64,000 bases of DNA from Hyalangium minutum (GTDB taxonomy: Bacteria > Myxococcota > Myxococcia > Myxococcales > Myxococcaceae), in NCBI RefSeq assembly GCF_000737315.1, contig NZ_JMCB01000001.1:620001-684000 (forward strand), read 5' to 3'. Below, in pieces: positions 35,875 through 45,148 of the stretch; the first letter of the stretch is position 1; the number at the start of each line of letters is the position of its first letter. The translations under genes and the position numbers were made by a program. Below the pieces are notes generated by a model. The model had not been told where the DNA came from and ran no database searches. It saw only the letters and a program-made list of their open reading frames with translations.

Positions 35875-37725
35875 CTAGTACGGCTGCAGGTCGTACTCGG
35901 CCTGCAGCTTGGAGATGAGCCCGTCCACCACCGCGGTGTCCGAGGAATGGAAGCCCCACGTCGCGCCCCGCCCCCGCCGCTGGATCAGCGCGTAGGAGGC
36001 GTGCTCCGAGAGCCAGAACAAGAACTCATGCCGCGACACCCGGTCGTCGCCCTCCAGGAACACCGGCGTCACCGCCGGGTGCGACTCCAGATCCACCCGC
36101 CGCCCCAGCAGATAGATGCGCGAGGCCAGCTCCGGCGGCGCCGTCTCCAGCCCCGAAGCAATGGGCAGGTCCGAACGGATCTCCGGCCCGCCCACGTACA
36201 GCAGCCCGCGCGAGCCCGGATCCCTCAACAGCTCGCGGGCGATCTCCGTCTGCAGCTCGTCGAAGAGCACGTCCGACACCTTGCCCCGCCGCGAGGGTTC
36301 GGCCCGCTCGTCCGAGGGCAGCTTCGGACTGTTCGGGCTCCCGAGCAGCAGCTCCACCTCGTCCCAGAACGGCAGCCCGTCCAGCAGCAGCCGCCGCTGC
36401 AGCGAGGCCCGGCGCTCGTCCATGCGCCGCCGGCAGCGGTGCACCAGCTCGTCGAAGTCCTCGCCGTCCTTCGGGAACGTGCTCGCCCCGCCCACCAGCG
36501 CTAGCGGCAGCTTCCCCTCTACCTCCTGCACGTCCTGCTCGTCCCGCAACGCCGCCATGGCTCGGCGCACGAACATCAGTGCCCCGAAGAAGTCCGTCTC
36601 CGGCAGCAGCAGGTAGAACTCCTGATCGCTCGCCTTCGCGATGACGTCCGAGTCCCGGATGATCCGCGACAGCGCCCGGATGATGCCCCGCACCGCCTTC
36701 TTCGCGTCCGCCGCGCCCAGCCGCACCCGCACCAGCGGCAGGTTGTCGATCGAGAACGTCAGCAGCGAGAACGTCCGCCCGTAGCGCCGCGCCTTGTAGA
36801 TCTCCTTCGAGGCGTAGTCCGTGAAGTAGCTCAGGTTGTACGCCGCGGTGTCCCGGTCCCTCAGCCCCAGCCGCTGCAGCGCCAGCATGCGGCGGCCGTT
36901 CTTCACGCCCACCGCCGCGAAGTCGCCAATCACCCGCGCCTGCCGCACGTGCTCCGGGAGGAACTCGGCGCCGATCGGATCCGACAGCTGCGCCAGCCCC
37001 ATCAGCTCCCCCCCCGCCACCAGCGGCACGTACAGCACCGGCGAGCGCTCCTCGCGCATCAGCCACGGCGAGGACTCGCGCAGCCGCGCGGCCAGCGGAC
37101 CCTCGGGCCGCATCCGCTCCACCAGGAACTGCCGATCCAGCAGCCCCCGGTACGCCCGCAACACCAGCTCGCCGCGATCGTCCACCAGCCACAGCGCCGC
37201 GCTCTGCGCGTCACACACCGCCGCCAGATCCGCGGTGACACGCTCCTGCAGCCCCTCCAGGTCCGGGTACGCCAGGAACTCCAGGCAGCGGCGGTGCAGG
37301 TTCTGGTAGCGCGCGAACTCGAGGTTCTCGTCACGCAGCAGGGCGCGCTCGTGGCGCAGGGCCACGCGTTGCAGGGCGCGATCCACCGCGAGGTAGAGAT
37401 CGTCCTCGTCCACGGGCTTGGTGAGGCAGTCGGCCGCCCCGGCCCGGAGCGCCATCTCCGAGCCCTTCACGTCCGGCCGCGCGCTGATGAGGAGAACCTC
37501 CTGGTCCGGATCCCGCTCCCGCAGCTTCGCCGTGAGCTCGAAGCCGTCCATGCCCGGCATCATCACGTCGGTGATGACGAGATCGAACCGCGTGAGGCCC
37601 GCTTCCTCCAGCGCACGCAGGGCGTTCTCCGCCGTGACGATGCGGTACCCGCGCCGCGTGAGCATGTCCGTGGCGAGCTCGAGGAAGAAATGGTCGTCGT
37701 CGACGAGGAGGATGGTGCCGGCCAC
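35875..37725 (-). CDS. Response regulator with GAF and degenerate GGDEF-like domain
   Basis: ILLVDDD, DLVITDVMMP, KP; RD.DT..YN..YF; GGDEF position reads ASDQEF. Confidence 0.8.
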   Translation of the reverse strand: MAGTILLVDDDHFFLELATDMLTRRGYRIVTAENALRALEEAGLTRFDLVITDVMMPGMDGFELTAKLRERDPDQEVLLISARPDVKGSEMALRAGAADCLTKPVDEDDLYLAVDRALQRVALRHERALLRDENLEFARYQNLHRRCLEFLAYPDLEGLQERVTADLAAVCDAQSAALWLVDDRGELVLRAYRGLLDRQFLVERMRPEGPLAARLRESSPWLMREERSPVLYVPLVAGGELMGLAQLSDPIGAEFLPEHVRQARVIGDFAAVGVKNGRRMLALQRLGLRDRDTAAYNLSYFTDYASKEIYKARRYGRTFSLLTFSIDNLPLVRVRLGAADAKKAVRGIIRALSRIIRDSDVIAKASDQEFYLLLPETDFFGALMFVRRAMAALRDEQDVQEVEGKLPLALVGGASTFPKDGEDFDELVHRCRRRMDERRASLQRRLLLDGLPFWDEVELLLGSPNSPKLPSDERAEPSRRGKVSDVLFDELQTEIARELLRDPGSRGLLYVGGPEIRSDLPIASGLETAPPELASRIYLLGRRVDLESHPAVTPVFLEGDDRVSRHEFLFWLSEHASYALIQRRGRGATWGFHSSDTAVVDGLISKLQAEYDLQPY

Positions 37726-37763
37726 GGCGGGAAAGGCCTTGGGGGACGAGGAAGACTCGAAGG

Positions 37764-38615
37764 TTACCGGCCCGGTGGAGCCCTCACAACGCCCTCAAAG
37801 ACGAACGCGACAGGTCCTCGGAGGCGGATGTCGGACAGGTCGGGAGGTACCCGGATTTGCAGGTCCCCTCCCGGCAGGGTAACGCGCAGCCAGGCATCTG
37901 CCGGGAGCCGCTGGGCCAGCACCGCCGCCGTGGCCGAGGCACACGCCCCCGTTCCACAGGCCTGCGTCAGCCCGCAGCCGCGCTCCCACACCACCACAGT
38001 GAGACCGTCTGGGTCCACCCGGACGAACTCGACATTGGTTCGATCCTTGAACGCGGGGTGGACCTCTAAGGTCGGGCCCAGGCGCTCGGCCTCCTCCAGC
38101 GGGCGGTCGAGCAACACCAGGTGAGGATTGCCCATGCTCACCGCGAAGCCACGCAGCCCAGGGTGTCCCGGAACAGGCGCATCCAGGAATGGCTGGCCCG
38201 TGGCTCCCGAGGGTAGGTTGGGCGCCACCAGCCGGGCAGGACCCATGGAGATGTCCACCTCAGCCACCCCATCGGCTTTGTAGCCCGGGACGCATGAGAG
38301 CACCCCCGCGCCGGTCTCCACATTGAGGCGCTCGGGGCGGCCGTCCGCGTGGTCCGCGAGGTACTTCACTGCACAGCGCAGACCATTGCCGCACATCTCC
38401 GCGATGCTGCCGTCGGCGTTATGCACCACCATCCGCGCCACGCCGGCCTTCGAGGGGAGCAGGGAGAGCACTCCGTCCGCACCGATGCCTCGCCGCCGGT
38501 CGCACATCCACCGCGACGTCTCGGCGTCGATGTCCACGCCCGTCTGGCGCCGATCGAGCACGACGAAGTCGTTGCCGAGCCCGTGATACTTGAAGATGCG
38601 TTCGCGTTCCGCCAC
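37764..38615 (-). CDS. dapF: Diaminopimelate epimerase
   Basis: KYHGLGNDF, GIGADG, EMCGNG.RC, SMGNPH, NVEF, ERG.G.T.ACGTGA. Confidence 0.95.
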   Translation of the reverse strand: MAERERIFKYHGLGNDFVVLDRRQTGVDIDAETSRWMCDRRRGIGADGVLSLLPSKAGVARMVVHNADGSIAEMCGNGLRCAVKYLADHADGRPERLNVETGAGVLSCVPGYKADGVAEVDISMGPARLVAPNLPSGATGQPFLDAPVPGHPGLRGFAVSMGNPHLVLLDRPLEEAERLGPTLEVHPAFKDRTNVEFVRVDPDGLTVVVWERGCGLTQACGTGACASATAAVLAQRLPADAWLRVTLPGGDLQIRVPPDLSDIRLRGPVAFVFEGVVRAPPGR

Positions 38616-38638
38616 GCCCTCATCCTAGCGGCGGAGCC

Positions 38639-41600
38639 TTATTCCTGCCCGTCTCCGTTGGAGGTGCCCGCAGGCCCCCCCACGGTGGGGACCGAGCTGC
38701 TCGGCCCGTTGGAGCCGGGCGGCGCCCCAGCGGCCCCAGGAATAGGAGCCAAGGTGGGTGGACGGGCCGGAGCGGCCACGGGCCTCCGAGCGACTGTAGC
38801 CGAGGCCAACGCTCCGGGGCCCGGCTTGAGGACGGGAGCCGCCGGAGCCGTTCCGGCTACGGGGGGCCGGGTCGCCGGGCTCCCTGGAATCGGAGGGAGC
38901 GTCGCGGGCTTCCGGGCCGGATCAGGCTTGGCGGCAATCGGGGCTGGCGTGGGTCGGGTGCCGACCGTGGGCTTGGGCGGGGTGGCCAAGGGCGCGGGGG
39001 TGGGACGCGCGGACTGCGGAACCGTCGTGGGCTTGGCGACCGCAGCGGCTTTGGGCCGGGCCATGGTCTCTCGCAGCTCCTTCAGCTCCGCCTCAAGCTT
39101 CTCGCGCTCGCTCTTGAGCCGCTCCAGCTCCTCGGCCATGGCGGGATCGACAGCGGGCGTCTTGCCTGCCTCGGCCTCTTCCAAGCGGGCCGTGAGTCCG
39201 CGGATCTGGGTCTCGAGCCGGCTCTGGTCCTCCAGGAGGATCCGCTTCTCCGCGCCGAGGCTCTCCACCGCCTCGCGCAGCAGAGGCATCTCCGCCTGGA
39301 GCGTCGCGAGGCGCTCCTGGGCCTCCTTCTCGCGCTGCTTCGCGGCCTGGGCCGCCTCCTGGGCCTCTCTCTCGCGCTGCTGGGCCGCCGCCAGGGCCTC
39401 GGCGGTCTCCTTCTCGCGCTGCTGGAGCGTCTCCTGAGCCCCTTCCGCGGCCTGGGACTGGCGCGAGCGCTCGGCCTTCTCGGTCTCGAGCTGCCGCGCC
39501 GTCTCCACCGTCGCGCTCTCCAGGCTCGCAACCTTCCCTTCCAGCCGCACGCGGGCCGCCTTCGCCACGGTCAGCTCCGACTGGAGCCGCTCCCGCTCAG
39601 CCACCACGCTCGCACGCTCGGCCTCGATGCGGCTGAGGCGCTCCTGCTCGGTCCGGAGTGTCTCGTTGCTCTTGGCCAGCTCGGCGCGGGCGGACTCCAG
39701 CGCCGCCAGTTCGGTTTCGAGGCGACCGATGCGCTCCTGTCCTGTCCGCAGCGCCTCCTGCGCCTGGACGAGCTCGCCGCGCACCGTCTCCAGGGCGGCC
39801 GCGCCTTCCTTCTCGAAGCGCCCGCTCCGCTCCTGCTCCTCGCGCAGCGCCTCCTGAACCTTGGCCAGCTCGGCGCGAGCGGCCTCCAGATCGGTGCGAG
39901 CAGCCTCCAGCGCCGAGCGCTCGGCCTCCAACGAGGCCTCCGCCACGGAGGCACGTCCCGCGAACCGCCGAGCGGACTCGAGCTGGACTCCGAGCAGTTC
40001 CACCTGCTCGTGCTCCGCCAGGAGGCGGGCGCGGGCGTCGTTCAGCTCGCCCTCCATCTGGGCGATGTGGAAGTCGCGCTGCTGGAGCGCCTGGAGCATG
40101 CGCTGCAGCTCCATGCCCAGCCGCATGATCTCGGCGCGAGCAGCCTCGAACTGGGCCACACCGGCCAGGAGGCTCTGGCGCTCGGTCTCCCACGCGGCCT
40201 CGCGCTCGCGAGCCGTAGCCCGCTCCTGCTCCCGCGCCGCGTCGCTCTCCTCGCCGCGCGTGGTGAGCTGCCGGGCCTGATCCTCGACCGCCGCAAGGGA
40301 CTGCTCCAGCGCGGCCACCCGGGCACGCTGCTCCTCCAGGGCCGCGAGCTGCTCCCGCGAGGAGCCCTCCACCGCGCTCTTCTCGGCCTCCAGACGCTCC
40401 AGGGAGGCACGCAGCTCCTTCTCGCGGGCCTCGGCCGCCGAGAGGCTCTCGGCGCTCGCGCCACGCTCCTGCTCCACGAGCGTCTTCAGCTCCGCCATCG
40501 AGCGCTGCTGCTCCGCCAGCTGGGCGTTGAGCGTCTCCAGCTCGGTGCGAAGCTGGGCCGCCGCCTCGCGTTCGGAGTCCCAGCCCTTCCGAGCCTCCGA
40601 GAGCAACGCGGCGATCTGCTCGCGCTCCTGCTGTTCGGTGTCCAGGCGCTCCTGGGCCTCTGCGAGCGACGCCTCGATCGCCTCGCGCTCCTTCCGCTCT
40701 GTCGCGAACGCCGCCCGAAGCTCCGCGAGCCCCGCCTCCCCAGCGGACCGGCCCTGGCGCTCGGCCGCGAGCTCCGCGCGGACACCCGACAGCTCCTCAT
40801 CGAGCCGGGTGTGGGCCTCGCGCTCCGTCGCCAGCTCGGCGCGGACTTCTTCGAGCACGGTGCCCAGCCGCTTCTGCTCCTGTCCTGCCGTCTCGAGCTC
40901 GGTCCGAGCCTGGGAGAGGGATGTCTCCGCCTGAGCGCGCTGCTCCTGCTCCGCCGCGAAGCCCGAGCGGAGCTGGACCAGCAGCTCGTCAGCCTCCAGG
41001 CGCCGCTGCCGCTCCGCGCCGAGCGCGCCCTGAACCGCCGCGAGGGCCTCCGCGTCCTGAGAGCGCCCGCTCTGCTCCGAGTCGAGCCGGGTCCGCAGCT
41101 CCGCGAGCGCCTCTTCGAGCCGGGCCCGCTCCTGGCGCTCGGTGGCCAGCTCCCCGCGCAGCGTCGCGGAGGCCTCGTCGGTCCGAGCGCGCTGCCCCTG
41201 CTCCTCGGTCAGGGCGGTCCGGAGCTGCTCCAGCATCGTATCGACTTGAGCGCGCCGAGCCTGCTCCGCCTCCAGCGCCGCACGAGCCTCCACCCGTGCA
41301 GCGTCGGACTGAGCACGCTGATGCCGCTCGCCCTCGAGCTCCGTGCGAACCTGGGCCAGCGCTTCCCCTGACCGAGCACGCTCTCCGCGCTCGGTCTCCA
41401 GGGTTGCGCGGACCTCCGCCAGCTCCGTATCGAGCTGGGCCCGCCCTTGCCGCTCCGCCTCGAGCGCCTCACCCGTCCGAACCGCCAGCGCCTCGGCCGC
41501 GGTCCAGGAGTCACGCGTACTCAGCAGCTCCGCCTGGAGGCCGGCCAGTGCCTGCCGCACCTCTTCACGCCGCTGCCCTTCGGCGGCCAATTCAGCTCGC

Positions 41601-43903
41601 AGCCCCGTCAGCTCCTGCTGCAGACCTTCCCGCTGGCGCTCCGAAGCGGAGAGCTCGGCCCGAAGCCCGCTCAGCTCCTGCTCCAGTCCTCCGCGCTCCC
41701 GCTGTCCAGCGGCTACCTCGGACCGCAGGGTGGCCAGCTCCTGCTCCAAGCCTCCCCGCTGCTGCTCTTCCGAAGAGAGTTCCGCCCGCAGCCGGGTCAG
41801 CTCCTGCTCCAGCCCGGCCCGGCGCTGCTGCTCCGCCTCAAAGTCGGCGCGCAGACCGGTCAGCTCCTGCTCCAGCGCTGCCTGGCGCCGCTGTCCGGCC
41901 TCGAGCGCGTCTCGAGTACTCTGAAGCGCGGCCTCGGTCTCGGCCAGCTGGCCTCGCAGCTCCTTGCGCTCCGCCTCCAGCTCCTGGACCTTCTGCTCGG
42001 CCTCGGCCAGCGCCCGAGCCATCTCTGCCAGAGCCTCGGACTCCTTCTGAGCCTGGGCCCGGAGCTGCTCGATCTGCTGTTCCAGAGCCTCTCGTGCCGC
42101 CGTCTCCCGCGCGAGCTGGACGGACACCGCCTCCGTCTTCGCCCGTTCCTCCGCGACCACCTGGGAGAGCCGCTGCTCCCCCAGCTCCCGCTCGGCCTCG
42201 AGCGACTGGGCGAACGCCGCGGCGGCCTTCTCGCGGTCCTCCTTGAGGTCCGCCATGCGCCCGGTGGTGACCTGGAGCTCCTCCTCGTACTTGGCGGCGG
42301 TCTCTCGGGCCTCCTTCTCGGCGCGCTGCAGCGCCTCCAGCTCCGTCTTCAGCCGGGCCGCGGCCGAACGCGCCGCCTCCAGCTCCGTCTCCACCCCACG
42401 CAGCTCCGCCGCGCGCTCCTCCAGGCGCTGCTCCGCCTCCTGGCGCCCGGCCTCTGCCGCCGAGACCCGCTGCCGGCTCTCCTCGAGCCCCCGGGCCACC
42501 CGCGCCAGCTCCGCCTCCTTAATAAGGAGCGAATCACTGGACGCCTTCGAGGCCTCCTTCAGCTGCGACAGCTCGGACTTGAGGTGCTCCACCGCGGCGA
42601 GCGCCTGCGAGTACTGCTCGGCGATGCGCAGCTCCCGCTCCCGGGCCGCATCCGCCTGCCGCCGCCGATCCTCGGACTGCTCCTGAGCCCGATCGGCCGC
42701 GAGCCGATCCTTCTCCCGATCAATCCGCAGGTTCGACAGCTGATCCTGCAGCTGGCCCACCTCGGAGTACGCCTGGGTCAACCGCTCGCGCGTCTCCTCC
42801 AGCGCGGCGGCGGACTCCTCGCGGCGGGCACGCTCCAGCCGATGGGCCTCCTGAGCGGCCAGCACCTTCACCTGCGCCTCGGTCTGGACGCGCTGCACGC
42901 CCTCCAGTTCCAGGCGCTGCTGCGTCAGGCGGCGCTCGGCATCGGCGAGCCGCTCCTGCGCCACCTGCAGCTCCAGCTCTCGGCGGCGCAGCTTGGCGGC
43001 CAGCTCATCCCGCTCGCGGGCCTGCTCGGGCGAGCCCCGAGCCTGCTCCAGCTGCGCGGTCAGCCGGGCCACCTCATCCTTCGCCAGCTCCAGCTTCGGA
43101 TGAAGGGCGGTCACCTCGGCCTCGCGGTCGGACAGCTCCGTGCGCAGCTTGGAGACAACCTCCTTCTGCTTGCTGGTGCGCTCTTCCCAAGCCTTGGCGC
43201 GCTGGGCCACCTCCTCCAGGCGCCCCCGGGTGAACGCGAGCGGCTCGGGAGGCAGCTGGACCCACGTGGGGTCCACCATCCGCGCCGGCTCGTGGCCGGC
43301 CATCACGACGAAGTAGGCCGCCTCGCCGCCACGTATCAGCGAGCCATCCACCTGGAGTCCCTCGCCGCGCTCGAACGCGAGCTGGTAACCCAGCAAGGGG
43401 CTCTGGGTGGCCACCTCCACATGCGGGAAGTGGGTGGAGAGCACGTCGAGGAGCTGCCCGTAGGTGGGGGGCACGTCCTCCTCCACCTCCATGAGCTGCC
43501 ACAGCGCGAGGCCTCCAGAGCTGCGCAGGCCTCCAATGAGGTAGCCCTGCTTGGCCACGAGCCGTGTCAGCTCGGCCAGCAGCGCCGGGGCGCGCACATA
43601 CGGAGCGAGGTCCGCCACGAGCACGGCATCGAAGCTGCCCGGCTCCAGGTCCTCATAGTGGTTGGCGCGGTAGCGCAGGGTGGGCCCGCCGTGGGCTTTC
43701 TGCGCGGCCTCCACGGCGGCGAGGTCCGCGTCACAGGCCACCACCACCCGAGCACCACGCTCCAGCAGGAAACGAGCGCTCTCGCCGCCCGTCGAGGCCA
43801 CGGAGTCCACCTCGAGCACCCGCCGGCGCGCGATGAGGCTCTCTACGAAGATGTAGCGGGGCAGCAGTTCACTGGGCCCCATGCGGCGGAAAGTGGGATG
43901 CAT
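38639..43903 (-). CDS. Very large coiled-coil protein with N-terminal SAM-methyltransferase-like domain and Pro/Ala-rich tail
   Basis: RRVLEV...VVACD...SFDAVL N-terminus; over 1300 aa of E/R/A/L heptads; APA-rich C-terminus. Confidence 0.8.
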   Translation of the reverse strand: MHPTFRRMGPSELLPRYIFVESLIARRRVLEVDSVASTGGESARFLLERGARVVVACDADLAAVEAAQKAHGGPTLRYRANHYEDLEPGSFDAVLVADLAPYVRAPALLAELTRLVAKQGYLIGGLRSSGGLALWQLMEVEEDVPPTYGQLLDVLSTHFPHVEVATQSPLLGYQLAFERGEGLQVDGSLIRGGEAAYFVVMAGHEPARMVDPTWVQLPPEPLAFTRGRLEEVAQRAKAWEERTSKQKEVVSKLRTELSDREAEVTALHPKLELAKDEVARLTAQLEQARGSPEQARERDELAAKLRRRELELQVAQERLADAERRLTQQRLELEGVQRVQTEAQVKVLAAQEAHRLERARREESAAALEETRERLTQAYSEVGQLQDQLSNLRIDREKDRLAADRAQEQSEDRRRQADAARERELRIAEQYSQALAAVEHLKSELSQLKEASKASSDSLLIKEAELARVARGLEESRQRVSAAEAGRQEAEQRLEERAAELRGVETELEAARSAAARLKTELEALQRAEKEARETAAKYEEELQVTTGRMADLKEDREKAAAAFAQSLEAERELGEQRLSQVVAEERAKTEAVSVQLARETAAREALEQQIEQLRAQAQKESEALAEMARALAEAEQKVQELEAERKELRGQLAETEAALQSTRDALEAGQRRQAALEQELTGLRADFEAEQQRRAGLEQELTRLRAELSSEEQQRGGLEQELATLRSEVAAGQRERGGLEQELSGLRAELSASERQREGLQQELTGLRAELAAEGQRREEVRQALAGLQAELLSTRDSWTAAEALAVRTGEALEAERQGRAQLDTELAEVRATLETERGERARSGEALAQVRTELEGERHQRAQSDAARVEARAALEAEQARRAQVDTMLEQLRTALTEEQGQRARTDEASATLRGELATERQERARLEEALAELRTRLDSEQSGRSQDAEALAAVQGALGAERQRRLEADELLVQLRSGFAAEQEQRAQAETSLSQARTELETAGQEQKRLGTVLEEVRAELATEREAHTRLDEELSGVRAELAAERQGRSAGEAGLAELRAAFATERKEREAIEASLAEAQERLDTEQQEREQIAALLSEARKGWDSEREAAAQLRTELETLNAQLAEQQRSMAELKTLVEQERGASAESLSAAEAREKELRASLERLEAEKSAVEGSSREQLAALEEQRARVAALEQSLAAVEDQARQLTTRGEESDAAREQERATAREREAAWETERQSLLAGVAQFEAARAEIMRLGMELQRMLQALQQRDFHIAQMEGELNDARARLLAEHEQVELLGVQLESARRFAGRASVAEASLEAERSALEAARTDLEAARAELAKVQEALREEQERSGRFEKEGAAALETVRGELVQAQEALRTGQERIGRLETELAALESARAELAKSNETLRTEQERLSRIEAERASVVAERERLQSELTVAKAARVRLEGKVASLESATVETARQLETEKAERSRQSQAAEGAQETLQQREKETAEALAAAQQREREAQEAAQAAKQREKEAQERLATLQAEMPLLREAVESLGAEKRILLEDQSRLETQIRGLTARLEEAEAGKTPAVDPAMAEELERLKSEREKLEAELKELRETMARPKAAAVAKPTTVPQSARPTPAPLATPPKPTVGTRPTPAPIAAKPDPARKPATLPPIPGSPATRPPVAGTAPAAPVLKPGPGALASATVARRPVAAPARPPTLAPIPGAAGAPPGSNGPSSSVPTVGGPAGTSNGDGQE

Positions 43904-44008
43904 GGGTGTTCGGGCGGGTGGGAGTATAGCCTTCAGGCCTCAGGTCCCAAGGAAAGCGACGGGCGCGGGGACGCAGCGGAACGATCGGATGATAGGAGAG
44001 CAGGCGAG

Positions 44009-44785
44009 ATGAACGGGAACCCTCAGCAGGGCTTCGGCTCGTGGGCGATGCGGGCGCTTACACGGCTGGTGGTGACGCTGCTGGTGCTGGCCATGGCGGG
44101 GGCGGTGGTGTTCCTGCTCTCGCAGCTCAACGCGCGCACCTTCACGCTGGAGGTGGAGAGCAACCACCTCTTGGTGATGAAGGGGCGGATGCTGCCGTGG
44201 GGGGCAGTGCCCTTCCGGCCGAGCGACCCGGGCCTCGCGGACACCTACGCCCCCATCCCTCTGGAGGGGCACGACGTGCCGAGGAGCGTCCTCGAGCAGC
44301 GCTACACCGAGCGGGACGAGCTGGACCGGGCGCTCTTCTCCCAGCTGGAGGCACTGGCTCGGCCGCGCATTGCCTCGGACGAACCCCGGCGGGTGGAGCG
44401 AGGCGTTTACTACCTGCGCCGCGCGGAGCGGCTGACGGGGCTCAGCGAGGAGCAGCGCACCTCGCTCAAGCAGATGCTGGCGGAGGTGGCCTACTACCAG
44501 GCGCGGCAGAAGATGGATGACGCGCGCAAGCTCATCGCCGAGGCCCTGGCCCAGCTCAAGCTGGCGGCGGGGGCGGACACCCGGCATGCCCGCAGCGCCA
44601 ACCAGATGTTGACCGAGGTCGGTCCCGCGGCCGACAAGCTGGAGGAGGCCCTGCGCAACGCCGTCCATACCCTGAGCACGCCGCCCTCCCAGGAGCCCCC
44701 AGCGGCCCCGCCAGGCACCGGAACGCCCCCAACTCCCCCAGTCCCAGGCCCCGCCGCTCTGGATGGCGGCAGCGGGCCTCCGTAG
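44009..44785 (+). CDS. Single-pass membrane hypothetical protein
   Basis: N-terminal TM LVVTLLVLAMAGAVVFLL; GC3-biased codon usage. Confidence 0.7.
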   Translation: MNGNPQQGFGSWAMRALTRLVVTLLVLAMAGAVVFLLSQLNARTFTLEVESNHLLVMKGRMLPWGAVPFRPSDPGLADTYAPIPLEGHDVPRSVLEQRYTERDELDRALFSQLEALARPRIASDEPRRVERGVYYLRRAERLTGLSEEQRTSLKQMLAEVAYYQARQKMDDARKLIAEALAQLKLAAGADTRHARSANQMLTEVGPAADKLEEALRNAVHTLSTPPSQEPPAAPPGTGTPPTPPVPGPAALDGGSGPP

Positions 44786-44982
44786 TGGTCGGAACCGGAC
44801 ACCGTAACCCCCCTGTTTTTCCACCTGAATTCCCTGGAATTCAGCATTTCTGAAATACGACCCTGACCCCCCTTTGTAGGTGGGGTCAAGACGCCGCTGG
44901 AGAAGGCCCTGGCGCATCGCGCAAACACCCGCGCAGAAGCGTTCGCTCATGATCATAGATTGCAAGCCATGGGCCCAGGCAG

Positions 44983-45029
44983 ACCCCAGATCTCGCGTTG
45001 ACATGGACCCAGACCCCCCATAGGTTGTG
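44983..45029 (+). promoter_or_regulatory. Tandem NrdR boxes overlapping a sigma70-type promoter of nrdAB
   Basis: accccagatctcgcgt (44983-44998) and cccccataggttgtgc (45014-45029), 31-bp period; TTGACA (44998-45003) N16 TAGGTT (45020-45025). Confidence 0.7.
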
Positions 45030-45148
45030 CCCCCTCCCGCTGGCCCATGGGCCTCTGTGGGTTCAGTGGGGGACCTCTACCAACCGCCTGAAAAAGCACG
45101 ACGGACCCTCCCAGGGAACCGAACGGGAGGGGTCTGTCTGGCTGTGAC

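Noticed and set aside
41447-44785. 1112-aa + strand ORF and many other long antisense ORFs (e.g. 5365-7020, 34891-36504, 46103-47800, 60934-63012)
   Set aside because: Shadow ORFs of high-GC genes on the opposite strand with no recognisable motifs; only 44009-44785 is kept.
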